Sequence record: OQ417969.1
Reading direction: 5' to 3' (one strand)
Length of the DNA stretch: 64,000 nt
Origin: Mycobacterium phage prophiT37-1
Positions 10,322-17,219 of this stretch are shown piece by piece; position 1 is the first letter of the stretch; each line of letters begins with the position of its first letter. Under the pieces are notes generated by a model. It was not told where the DNA came from, did not search any database, and saw nothing but the letters and a program-made list of their open reading frames with translations. A program made the position numbers and the translations under genes.

Positions 10322-10755
10322 CCGGCATCGCCTTCGTTGACGTGACCCTGGCATGGAAACGCATCGAGGATCGTTGGCACAAGGTCCGCTGGTTGTGGGT
10401 CGCCCACCACCGCGACGACATCGGCGGGACGTACACCCTGTTGCCGCGGACAACGGAGTACCGCCTCTGGGACCCGTCAACCAACACCACCACCGAGGTC
10501 GTTAAACGCTGCTGGATCACTGAATACGTGCCCGGCTCGCGCGACTGGGACGCTATTCCGTCATCCCGGGACCTCTACTGCGGCAACGACCTACGCGCCG
10601 CCCGCAAGGCCGCTGAGAAACACCACGCCGAGACCCGCCGCCGTTCCGCGTGGGAACGCTACATGCGGAACAACGACCCGCCAGCGCCGACCACACCCGA
10701 GGAAGAGGCACGCTGGTACAGCCGAGTGATGGCAGTCCGAAGCATCCCTGGTTAG
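10318..10755 (+). CDS. hypothetical protein
   Basis: ORF track. ATGA overlap. Confidence 0.45.
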   Translation: MTGIAFVDVTLAWKRIEDRWHKVRWLWVAHHRDDIGGTYTLLPRTTEYRLWDPSTNTTTEVVKRCWITEYVPGSRDWDAIPSSRDLYCGNDLRAARKAAEKHHAETRRRSAWERYMRNNDPPAPTTPEEEARWYSRVMAVRSIPG

Positions 10756-10913
10756 TCCGTCCCGGGCATATCGTCTAGATCGTCCGAATAGTGCTCGGCG
10801 TAGTTGACCTCGTGACCGACCATCGCCGCCGCTTTCTCGGCCGCGGCGCATTCGTGGTCAGCGATAACGTAGATCTCTTCGCTGCCTGTATCTACTACGT
10901 ATACCGCGTCCAT
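10752..10913 (-). CDS. small acidic protein (53 aa), possible third gene of the toxin-antitoxin operon
   Basis: Below the ORF-track threshold. ATG at 10913 (minus) preceded by a gaaagg RBS. Sits 2 nt downstream of the antitoxin stop and converges on the 10318 gene with a 4-nt overlap. Confidence 0.3.
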   Translation of the reverse strand: MDAVYVVDTGSEEIYVIADHECAAAEKAAAMVGHEVNYAEHYSDDLDDMPGTD

Positions 10914-10917
10914 CTGG

Positions 10918-11121
10918 CTAGCCTTTCTCTGCCTGGATGTTTCGCCGTTCGACCTCGGCTAGGGTTTCGGCTGCGAGCTTGTCGGCCGCTTCGTTGGTCA
11001 GCCGGACTCCGTCGCCGACAAGGAACTCTTCCTTGTCGAGGTCGATGTCGTCGACGACCAGGTCATCGCCGAAGGTGAGGCGCTTGAGGTCGGCTTCGCT
11101 GTGACTGCTCATGAGGGTCAT
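10918..11121 (-). CDS. BrnA-like ribbon-helix-helix antitoxin (putative)
   Basis: 67 aa, acidic. C-terminal VRLTNEAADKLAAE resembles an RHH beta-strand/helix. ATGA overlap with the upstream toxin gene. Confidence 0.45.
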   Translation of the reverse strand: MTLMSSHSEADLKRLTFGDDLVVDDIDLDKEEFLVGDGVRLTNEAADKLAAETLAEVERRNIQAEKG

Positions 11122-11369
11122 TGTGCCCCTCCTTTCCGGTACTTGGTGGGCATGGCGTGGATGCATACCCAGGTCCAGTCCTGGGTGGCGTGTGGGACCA
11201 GGATCAGCTCCAGCTCTACACCGGTGTCGTCGGTGCCTATGAAGTAGAGGCGCCAGATGCCGTCGCGGTTGTCGACGAGCAGCGGCATACCGGCGTTGCG
11301 GAGTGCTGCCATGACGCGGCGCTTGTTGGCGCGCATCCGCGCTTTCGCTGTGAGTGTCACTCTTGCCAT
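11118..11369 (-). CDS. BrnT-like (DUF497) toxin (putative)
   Basis: 83 aa. The pattern GIWRLYFIGTDD...ELILVPHA...WVCIHAMPTKYRK resembles the BrnT ribonuclease toxin fold signature. Gene order toxin-then-antitoxin matches BrnTA. Confidence 0.45.
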   Translation of the reverse strand: MARVTLTAKARMRANKRRVMAALRNAGMPLLVDNRDGIWRLYFIGTDDTGVELELILVPHATQDWTWVCIHAMPTKYRKGGAQ

Positions 11370-11379
11370 GACTCAGAAT

Positions 11380-11395
11380 GTATAGCGCACTATAC
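11380..11395. promoter_or_regulatory. 16-bp palindromic operator/promoter motif GTATAGCGCACTATAC (site 1)
   Basis: Inverted repeat GTATAG-N4-CTATAC 10 bp upstream of the minus-strand BrnT start. The minus-strand reading gives TATACATT as a -10-like element. Confidence 0.6.
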
Positions 11396-11427
11396 GAACG
11401 AACAAGCCGTAACGGCCTTGCTTATGT

Positions 11428-11443
11428 GTATAGCGCTGTATAC
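11428..11443. promoter_or_regulatory. 16-bp palindromic motif GTATAGCGCTGTATAC (site 2, one mismatch)
   Basis: 10 bp upstream of the 11454 ATG. Together with site 1 forms a symmetric divergent control region; both flanks read tgagtcATG. Confidence 0.55.
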
Positions 11444-11453
11444 GTTTTGAGTC

Positions 11454-11783
11454 ATGAAAAGCCTTTATGTAAAACGTATTGCCGTCATTGGCGCCGCCAT
11501 AGCCGCCCTAACGGCACTCCCAACTGCCACCGCTTCCGCGTTCCCCGACCGTTGCCTGTACGCCGCGACAGACGCCAAGACCTGCCTGGGTGCCCGACCG
11601 GCACCCTTCACGCCAGCAGGCGGCGGCGGATACAAGCCCCCGGAGGACCCGGAATGCCCCGAGGGCCAGCACCATCCACCTACAGCTCCTGGCGCGGGCG
11701 AGACTGGAGGTAACAGCGCTGGTAGCGGGTCTGCCGGTAGCGGTGGGTCCTCGGCGAGTGGAGGGGCTGGTACCGGACGGTGA
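11454..11783 (+). CDS. secreted Gly/Ser/Pro-rich protein
   Basis: Signal-peptide-like N-terminus (VIGAAIAALTALPTATASA) followed by low-complexity G/S/P sequence. Confidence 0.45.
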   Translation: MKSLYVKRIAVIGAAIAALTALPTATASAFPDRCLYAATDAKTCLGARPAPFTPAGGGGYKPPEDPECPEGQHHPPTAPGAGETGGNSAGSGSAGSGGSSASGGAGTGR

Positions 11784-11837
11784 TGGTCGCGGCTACCGAG
11801 CGGCTATACAGCCAAGCCCCAATCCTGTTGCCGCACC

Positions 11838-11855
11838 GCTATACCGCGGTATAGC
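11838..11855. promoter_or_regulatory. everted 18-bp perfect palindrome GCTATACCGCGGTATAGC upstream of the ncRNA array
   Basis: Same half-sites as the 16-bp motif but in CTATAC...GTATAG order. A second CTATAC lies in a GGCTATACAGCC hairpin at 11802-11813. Confidence 0.45.
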
Positions 11856-11886
11856 TTCGTTTACAGACAACAAAACAGCGGACGAC

Positions 11887-12010
11887 GTGAACAGGATGCA
11901 GGTCGGTTATCTCGGGGTACGCCCCCGTAGTTCAAGTTAGAACGCCCCGAGCCAAGCGGGGAAATGGATCCAAACCCGCCCAGCGCCAACCACGTTCACG
12001 TCGTTCCCCA
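11887..12010 (+). ncRNA. Y-RNA-like repeat unit 1 (degenerate)
   Basis: Shares the 5' motif GTGAACAGGATGCAGGTCGGTTAT and the 3' ...CACGTTCAC tail with units 2-6. Internal hairpins present but no clear T-arm. Confidence 0.35.
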
Positions 12011-12036
12011 GACCACAACTACATAGACACCAGGTG

Positions 12037-12168
12037 GTGCGAGCAGGACGCAGGTCGGTTACCACTTGCTAATGGAGAGGTCGCGGGTTCGAGTCCCGCC
12101 AGCCAGCCCCCGGCTGTAGCTCAGTTGGCAGAGCGCTAAACCCCGGTCAGCACACACACGTTCGCCCC
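12037..12168 (+). ncRNA. YrlA-like Y RNA unit 2 with circularly permuted tRNA-like module
   Basis: 5' GAGCAGGACGCAGGTCGGTTACC. T-arm GCGGGTTCGAGTCCCGC. Closed acceptor-like stem CAGCC-loop-GGCTG. TA then D-arm GCTCAGTTGGCAGAGC. 3' CCCCGGTCAGCAC + ACACACGTTCGCCCC. Element order T-arm then acceptor then D-arm is the reverse of a genuine tRNA. Confidence 0.55.
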
Positions 12169-12197
12169 ATCACCAACACAACTCCATACATAACAAG

Positions 12198-12330
12198 GTG
12201 TGAACAGGACTTCGTTCGGTTATCTCCTTTCCTGAGAGAGACGCGGGTTCGAATCCCGCCAGCCGCGAAAGTGGTTGTAGCTCAGTGGCCTAGAGCGCTA
12301 AAACCCGGACGACACCCACACGCTCACACC
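12198..12330 (+). ncRNA. YrlA-like Y RNA unit 3
   Basis: T-arm GCGGGTTCGAATCCCGC, closed stem CAGCC...GGTTG, D-arm GCTCAGTGGCCTAGAGC. The 5' GUUCGG and 3' CCGGAC motifs show a compensatory change relative to GGUCGG/CCGGUC in other units. Confidence 0.55.
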
Positions 12331-12364
12331 ACCTCAAACACCAGCAGACGCAGGCGCGCAGGCG

Positions 12365-12500
12365 GTGTGGACAGGACGCAGGTCGGTTACCAAAACAGTC
12401 AGGTGTGGGTTCGAGCCCCACCACCTCGCTCGCGGGGTGTAGCCCAATTGGTAGAGGCAATTGTCCATATACGCCGGTCAGCACTCCACACGCCCACACC
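12365..12500 (+). ncRNA. YrlA-like Y RNA unit 4
   Basis: 5' GTGTGGACAGGACGCAGGTCGGTTACC. T-arm GTGGGTTCGAGCCCCAC. Closed stem CACCTC...GGGGTG. D-loop-like AATTGGTAGAGG. 3' GCCGGTCAGCAC. Confidence 0.5.
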
Positions 12501-12531
12501 ACCTACGCGCACGCACGACAGACAACCCGAT

Positions 12532-12650
12532 GTGAACAGGACGCTCGGTCGGTTATCACTCAATTGGTTAATGCAGGTTCAAGCCCTGTCGCCCGCACCC
12601 AGTGCGGGTGTAAAAGCGAAATCCCGGTCAGCACACACACGTTCACATCA
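12532..12650 (+). ncRNA. YrlA-like Y RNA unit 5 (variant order)
   Basis: 5' GTGAACAGGACGCTCGGTCGGTTATC. D-loop-like AATTGGTTA, T-arm-like GCAGGTTCAAGCCCTGT, long hairpin CGCCCGCAC-CCA-GTGCGGGTG. 3' CCCGGTCAGCAC + ACACACGTTCAC. Confidence 0.45.
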
Positions 12651-12671
12651 CCCGCCCAATAGCCCCCGCGG

Positions 12672-12750
12672 GTGGCACGAGCAGGATCGCAGTCGGTTAC
12701 CCCACCCCTCGCAAGGATGACGAACCCCGGCCGCCCTTCACACGTTCGCG
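12672..12750 (+). ncRNA. Y-RNA-like repeat unit 6 (short, degenerate)
   Basis: 5' GAGCAGGATCGCAGTCGGTTACC and 3' ...TTCACACGTTCGCGCC motifs only. Very short body. Ends about 30 bp before the Rsr RBS. Confidence 0.3.
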
Positions 12751-12780
12751 CCGCCCGCACCTCTAACAAGGAGATGCACG

Positions 12781-14508
12781 GTGGACGTTCTCACCACTAT
12801 CGGAACCCGTAAGACGCCGCAGTCGCAGCAGGCGGACCCCCGGCAGGTGAAGAACTCCGCCGGTGGCTACACCTTCACCATCGACGACGAGGCCCTGCTG
12901 CACCGCTTCCTCACCCTCGGCACCGACGGCGGCACCTACTACACCAACGCCGCCGAACTCACCAGGGACACAGCGGCCGTCGTGCTCCGCGCAGCAGCGG
13001 CCGACCCGGTCCGCCTCGTCCAGCACATCGTCGAGGTGTCCGTGGATGGACGCGCACCTCGGCAGAACCCGGCCCTGTTCGCCCTCGCCATCGCCGCAGC
13101 AGCAGAGGACGTCGACGGCCGCCGCGCCGCCGCCGCAGCCCTGCCCACGGTCGCCCGTACCGGCACCCAGCTCTACACGTTCGTCAAGTACATGGAGCAG
13201 TTCCGCGGGTGGGGCCGCGCCATGCAGCGCGCCGTCGGTGGCTGGTACCTCGACAAGCCCGTCGACCGCCTCGCCTACCAGCTGGTCAAGTACCGGCAGC
13301 GCGAAGGTTGGATGCACCGAGACCTCCTACGCCTGTCCGGCCCGACCACCGCGGACCCGGCCCGCCGCCTCGCCTTCAACTGGGCGGTCGGCAAGGGCCT
13401 GAACGACTACATTGGCAAGGTCCAGCCCCTCACCGCCGAGCAGTTGAAGGCAGGGGAGCGCAACGCCTCCCGGCCCAAGCTGCCTAACGTCGAGCTGGCG
13501 GTTGACCACCCCCTGGCGATCATCGAGGACTTCGAGGACGCCCAGCGCGCCACCCAGCCCAAGGAATGGGTGAGCATCATTCGACGCGGTAACGGTCTTC
13601 CCTGGGAAGCGCTGCCCGACGTCGCGCTCAACTTCACGGCCGTGTGGGAAGCGCTGATTGAGCACGGGTTGCCGCAGACGGCTTTGATGCGCCAACTGCC
13701 TCGTTTGACCCGGCATGGAGTCCTGCATGGTGAATATCTGGACCGTGTCGTAGCTCAGCTCCAGGACGCCGACCGTCTACGCAAGGGCCGCGTCCACCCG
13801 GTCAACGTCCTGATCGCGCAGCGCACCTACGCGTCCGGGCGGTCGGCGCGCGGCGACTCCACCTGGACGCCGGAACGCAAGGTCGTGGACGCCCTGGACG
13901 CCGCGTTCTACAACGCCTACGGAGCGGTAGAGCCGTCGGGCGAGCCGTCGGGCAAGCGCACCTTGCTGGCGCTGGATGTGTCCGGCTCTATGGGCGCCGC
14001 TATCTCGGGTATGCCGCTGACATGCCGCGAGGCCGCAGCCGCACTCGCACTCGTCACCGCCAACGTCGAGCCGGACCACGAGGTCGTCGGCTTCACTGAC
14101 GGCCGTCAGGCCGCGCGCTCGGGCTACGGCTACCGGTCCCAGCACCTCATCACCCCGCTGGACATCACGCCGCGCCGCCGCCTCGACGACGTGTGCCGGT
14201 ACACCGCCGGACTCAGCTTCGGCGCCACCGACTGCGCACTCCCGATGCTGTGGGCACAGCAGTCCAAGCGCGAGTTCGACACGTTCGTGGTCATCACCGA
14301 CAACGAGACCTGGTTCGGCGACGTCCACCCGAACCAGGCGCTCCGCGACTACCGCAACAAGATGGGCATCAACGCCCGCCTGATCGTTGTCGGCATGACG
14401 GCAACCCGCTTCACCATCGCCGACCCCGCCGACCCCGGCCAGCTCGACGTATCCGGTTTTGACACGGCGGTACCACAGTTGATCTCGGACTTCTCGGCCG
14501 GACTGTAG
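12781..14508 (+). CDS. rsr: Ro60-like RNA-binding protein Rsr (TROVE domain + C-terminal vWA/MIDAS)
   Basis: GTG start with aaggagatg RBS. TROVE-like N-terminal and central region. C-terminal vWA with MIDAS motif LLALDVSGSMG. Sits directly downstream of the Y-RNA-like array. Confidence 0.8.
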   Translation: MDVLTTIGTRKTPQSQQADPRQVKNSAGGYTFTIDDEALLHRFLTLGTDGGTYYTNAAELTRDTAAVVLRAAAADPVRLVQHIVEVSVDGRAPRQNPALFALAIAAAAEDVDGRRAAAAALPTVARTGTQLYTFVKYMEQFRGWGRAMQRAVGGWYLDKPVDRLAYQLVKYRQREGWMHRDLLRLSGPTTADPARRLAFNWAVGKGLNDYIGKVQPLTAEQLKAGERNASRPKLPNVELAVDHPLAIIEDFEDAQRATQPKEWVSIIRRGNGLPWEALPDVALNFTAVWEALIEHGLPQTALMRQLPRLTRHGVLHGEYLDRVVAQLQDADRLRKGRVHPVNVLIAQRTYASGRSARGDSTWTPERKVVDALDAAFYNAYGAVEPSGEPSGKRTLLALDVSGSMGAAISGMPLTCREAAAALALVTANVEPDHEVVGFTDGRQAARSGYGYRSQHLITPLDITPRRRLDDVCRYTAGLSFGATDCALPMLWAQQSKREFDTFVVITDNETWFGDVHPNQALRDYRNKMGINARLIVVGMTATRFTIADPADPGQLDVSGFDTAVPQLISDFSAGL

Positions 14509-14514
14509 GAACGC

Positions 14515-14745
14515 GTGGACCCAAGGGCACAGCAGGCGCGGGAGCATCACCGGTTGCAGCGTGATGCCTCCCGCGTCGGCGAACAACACCGGTACGAACG
14601 GGACCGGCTAGTTCGCGAGTTATGGGCCACCGAACGAGAGAAGTGGACCTACGCCACTCTGGCCGCAGCGGTGACGTGCAGCCCGGGACTGATCCAGAAG
14701 ATTCTCGACGGCCGCACCCCAACCGCCCAACACGTCACCAGGTAA
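14515..14745 (+). CDS. small helix-turn-helix DNA-binding protein
   Basis: The segment WTYATLAAAVTCSPGLIQKILDGR looks like an HTH. Confidence 0.45.
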   Translation: MDPRAQQAREHHRLQRDASRVGEQHRYERDRLVRELWATEREKWTYATLAAAVTCSPGLIQKILDGRTPTAQHVTR

Positions 14746-14762
14746 GGAAGGCAGACGCCGCA

Positions 14763-14876
14763 ATGGATTTCAACACTTCGCTCCAGAGCCTGAACGGCTG
14801 GCCCGCCGCGGTCGTCGTTGTCGTTGCGGTGCTCTGCGTGACGGCCGTGATCATCGCGGTTATCCGCGCCGACTGA
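14763..14876 (+). CDS. small single-pass membrane protein (37 aa)
   Basis: ATG at 14763 preceded by aaggaagg RBS. Hydrophobic stretch AAVVVVVAVLCVTAVIIAVI. Internal start of the 14622 ORF. Confidence 0.3.
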   Translation: MDFNTSLQSLNGWPAAVVVVVAVLCVTAVIIAVIRAD

Positions 14877-14889
14877 CGTTCGACATAAC

Positions 14890-14905
14890 GTATAGCGAAC
14901 TATAC
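14890..14905. promoter_or_regulatory. 16-bp palindromic motif GTATAGCGAACTATAC (site 3)
   Basis: 10 bp upstream of the 14916 ATG. TATACA would act as a -10 for a leaderless or near-leaderless transcript. Confidence 0.55.
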
Positions 14906-14915
14906 AGTCTGTGTT

Positions 14916-15245
14916 ATGAACGAGACCCTGACCGCCGAGCAGCTGACCTCCTTCGAGGACACCCTCAACAACTACGCGGGCGACGGCGAATTACCCACTG
15001 TCCAAACGGACTACAGCGGGCGAGGCATGTACGGCAAGGAATGCCTGGCCGTCATCCTGGACGACTCCAACCTCGCCCCCGCGGTCACCGCCGAGCTGGC
15101 CTACGTCTTGGCAGACGCCGACGATGACGTTGCAGATCTCATCGACCGTATTTGGTCGCTGCCCACCTACACCGACAGCATGGGCCGCCGCACCGTCATC
15201 TACTGGCCAAACGTCAAGGCTCCCCACACCGCCGGAAAAGACTAG
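14916..15245 (+). CDS. hypothetical acidic protein (first gene of operator-controlled cassette)
   Basis: ORF track. Preceded by palindrome site 3. Confidence 0.45.
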   Translation: MNETLTAEQLTSFEDTLNNYAGDGELPTVQTDYSGRGMYGKECLAVILDDSNLAPAVTAELAYVLADADDDVADLIDRIWSLPTYTDSMGRRTVIYWPNVKAPHTAGKD

Positions 15246-15251
15246 ACGACC

Positions 15252-15638
15252 ATGAGCACACCCACCCCGCGCACCTTCGGTCTGGGCGCCATCCTGACCG
15301 TCACCACAGACGTGTTCCTGGTAGCCGACATCGGCGACATCTACGAACTCCTCAACTACATGACCGGCGATAACCTGTTCACCCACCAACTGCCCCGCGC
15401 CGCAGGCGAATGCAAGCCAGCGCTGCTGGCACAACATCCTCAACTGGCCGACGTCGACGTACCCGAACTGCCGGACGCCGACGCCTACATGACATGCCTG
15501 GCCAACCTGGAAAAGGTGCACGGCACCGAACTGGCCGTCACACCGCTGGCCGCGGGCGCGCACAAGTGCATCAATCCGTTGACCGAGCTAGCCGACATGA
15601 TGCCCGGCAAGCCCATCATCACCGTGGTCGCACCATGA
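15252..15638 (+). CDS. hypothetical protein
   Basis: ORF track. Confidence 0.45.
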   Translation: MSTPTPRTFGLGAILTVTTDVFLVADIGDIYELLNYMTGDNLFTHQLPRAAGECKPALLAQHPQLADVDVPELPDADAYMTCLANLEKVHGTELAVTPLAAGAHKCINPLTELADMMPGKPIITVVAP

Positions 15639-16078
15639 CCACCGACACCCGAGAAGGGCTGCCGGACTGGCTGACCGTCGGCGCCAAGGTCGTGCAGGTG
15701 CGACCTGACCGATACCACGGCGACATCGTCAGTTCAGGCACGGTCTCTCGTATCCTGGCCCGCGACATCGTCGTTGTCGGCGCGGGCGGGTCAGAGCTGG
15801 TGCGGTTCCGTCGCAACGACTACAACCAAAGGGACGACGAGTACTACCGCTCATCGGGGTACGGCACCTGGCACGGCATCACGCACAGGATGTACAAGGC
15901 CGACGACCCCCGCGCCGTGACAGCCATCTATCGGTCGACGATGCGGGGCGGGGTCAAGCTCCTCAAGAAGGCGGTCGACAGTATCGATGACCCGGTGTCG
16001 CCAGAGACTCCGGACGCCCTCGACGCCATAGCGGCCCATGCCGCCAAACTGGCCCGATTCATCAGGGACGGCCAATGA
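15635..16078 (+). CDS. hypothetical protein
   Basis: ATG at 15635 overlaps the upstream TGA (ATGA). Confidence 0.45.
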   Translation: MTTDTREGLPDWLTVGAKVVQVRPDRYHGDIVSSGTVSRILARDIVVVGAGGSELVRFRRNDYNQRDDEYYRSSGYGTWHGITHRMYKADDPRAVTAIYRSTMRGGVKLLKKAVDSIDDPVSPETPDALDAIAAHAAKLARFIRDGQ

Positions 16079-16383
16079 TCCGGGAGTTGGGCCTACGGCG
16101 GTGGCTGGCGTGGCGTCTGGTTCAGCTGGCCCACCGTATCGCCGACACCACGGTCACGGAGCGCATTGTGATCGTGGCACCGGATGGAGGCCCCGTCGTT
16201 GAGTGGGAGATCGAGGGAGATGCCTACGGCGGCGGTGTGTCCAGCCAGACCGGCCTCACCCACTTCGCGCCCGGCTATACCGCGCTGCACATCTTCGACG
16301 GCGAGCCCACCTGCCCGCGCGACCTCCACCACGCGATGGCTGCGTGGGCGCGGCTGCGCGCCTGGGAGGCGGTGCACCGGTGA
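16075..16383 (+). CDS. hypothetical protein
   Basis: ORF track. ATGA overlap. Confidence 0.4.
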   Translation: MIRELGLRRWLAWRLVQLAHRIADTTVTERIVIVAPDGGPVVEWEIEGDAYGGGVSSQTGLTHFAPGYTALHIFDGEPTCPRDLHHAMAAWARLRAWEAVHR

Positions 16384-17120
16384 GGAATCCGGAGGCCGAT
16401 GTCGTCGACGCGATAGCCGCGCTCGTCGACGAGCAGCTGGAGCAGGAGTCCTCGGGATACGACCACAACATCAACCAGGACACCTGCCCCCAGTGCGGCG
16501 ACGGCTGGCACGGATTAGCGACCAGCCGCTGCCCTGGTGCTACCGGGCTTAAAGCCAGCCCGGTCACAGACACCGACCGCCGACCAGGGGACGTGTACGC
16601 CAGCCACTATCACGGCGAGCAGTCCCGGACGTTCGGTAGCTTCGGTATTCGTGCGGACCCCAGCGTCCCGCCAGGGCATTTCCATATCGACAGCCCAGCG
16701 CAGTCGTTCGAGCCACCGCACCTACTAGATGATCAGCCTCTCCCAACATCTTTCAGCCTGGTCATCCACGAACCTCTGCCCGTCGAGTTCCGAGCATGTG
16801 AAACACCCGAGGTGTACCGGCTCGATCCCAGCCACCACCGGACGGTCGACATCAGGTGTGAGTCGTCCTATAGCCATGCAACAGACATGCTCTGGCTTCG
16901 GATACGGGTCGGCGACCAATATCTGAGGCACATCGTCCCGTGCGCAGCCGTGTACGGTGCGCGTCCTGGCGTACGCCTGCTCCATACCTCGATTCCGAAC
17001 GTGGCGGACAGCTACGTGGAGTTGTTCACTCACCCCACCTACGGGGTCTTCGCATGGTTCCGCATCAAGGACGGCGCCTTCCATCTACATCTACGCTTCG
17101 CAGGGTTGGGGCATCGGTGA
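16380..17120 (+). CDS. hypothetical protein
   Basis: GTG at 16380 overlaps the upstream TGA. Contains a CPQCGDGWHG motif. Confidence 0.45.
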   Translation: MRNPEADVVDAIAALVDEQLEQESSGYDHNINQDTCPQCGDGWHGLATSRCPGATGLKASPVTDTDRRPGDVYASHYHGEQSRTFGSFGIRADPSVPPGHFHIDSPAQSFEPPHLLDDQPLPTSFSLVIHEPLPVEFRACETPEVYRLDPSHHRTVDIRCESSYSHATDMLWLRIRVGDQYLRHIVPCAAVYGARPGVRLLHTSIPNVADSYVELFTHPTYGVFAWFRIKDGAFHLHLRFAGLGHR

Positions 17121-17219
17121 TCGACAAACCTGCCTACGCCCACGTGTTGACGGTGCAGAGCGCCGCGCGTAGTGTGCGCCTCATCTGTCAATATTTGCTG
17201 GCGAGGCGGGCGGGAATCC

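Noticed and set aside
10897-10907. CGTATACCGCG as a seventh operator half-site
   Set aside because: It is a single half-site inside a coding region with no inverted partner, so it is likely chance.
10791-11078. Plus-strand 95-aa ORF overlapping the antitoxin gene
   Set aside because: The translation is Arg/Cys-rich junk with no RBS. The minus-strand toxin-antitoxin pair has coupled starts and an operator-bearing promoter.
11590-11940. Plus-strand 116-aa ORF in an alternate frame across the secreted-protein gene and the ncRNA leader
   Set aside because: It overlaps the better-supported 11454..11783 gene and runs into the palindrome and RNA-array region. Its composition is typical of an out-of-frame GC-rich read.
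11905-12702. Repeated GGTCGGTTA motif as a cos-type cohesive end or CRISPR-like repeat array
   Set aside because: The motif resembles some actinophage cos overhang sequences. It recurs at about 160-bp spacing inside structured RNA-like units with variable tRNA-like bodies and is not at a genome terminus. Repeats are not identical and no spacer-repeat regularity or cas genes are present, so it is neither cos nor CRISPR.
11940-12720. Canonical tRNA gene cluster
   Set aside because: T-arm and acceptor 3' elements precede the D-arm and acceptor 5' elements in each unit. No anticodon stem-loop can be drawn. The modules are permuted tRNA-like domains (Y-RNA-like), not functional tRNAs.
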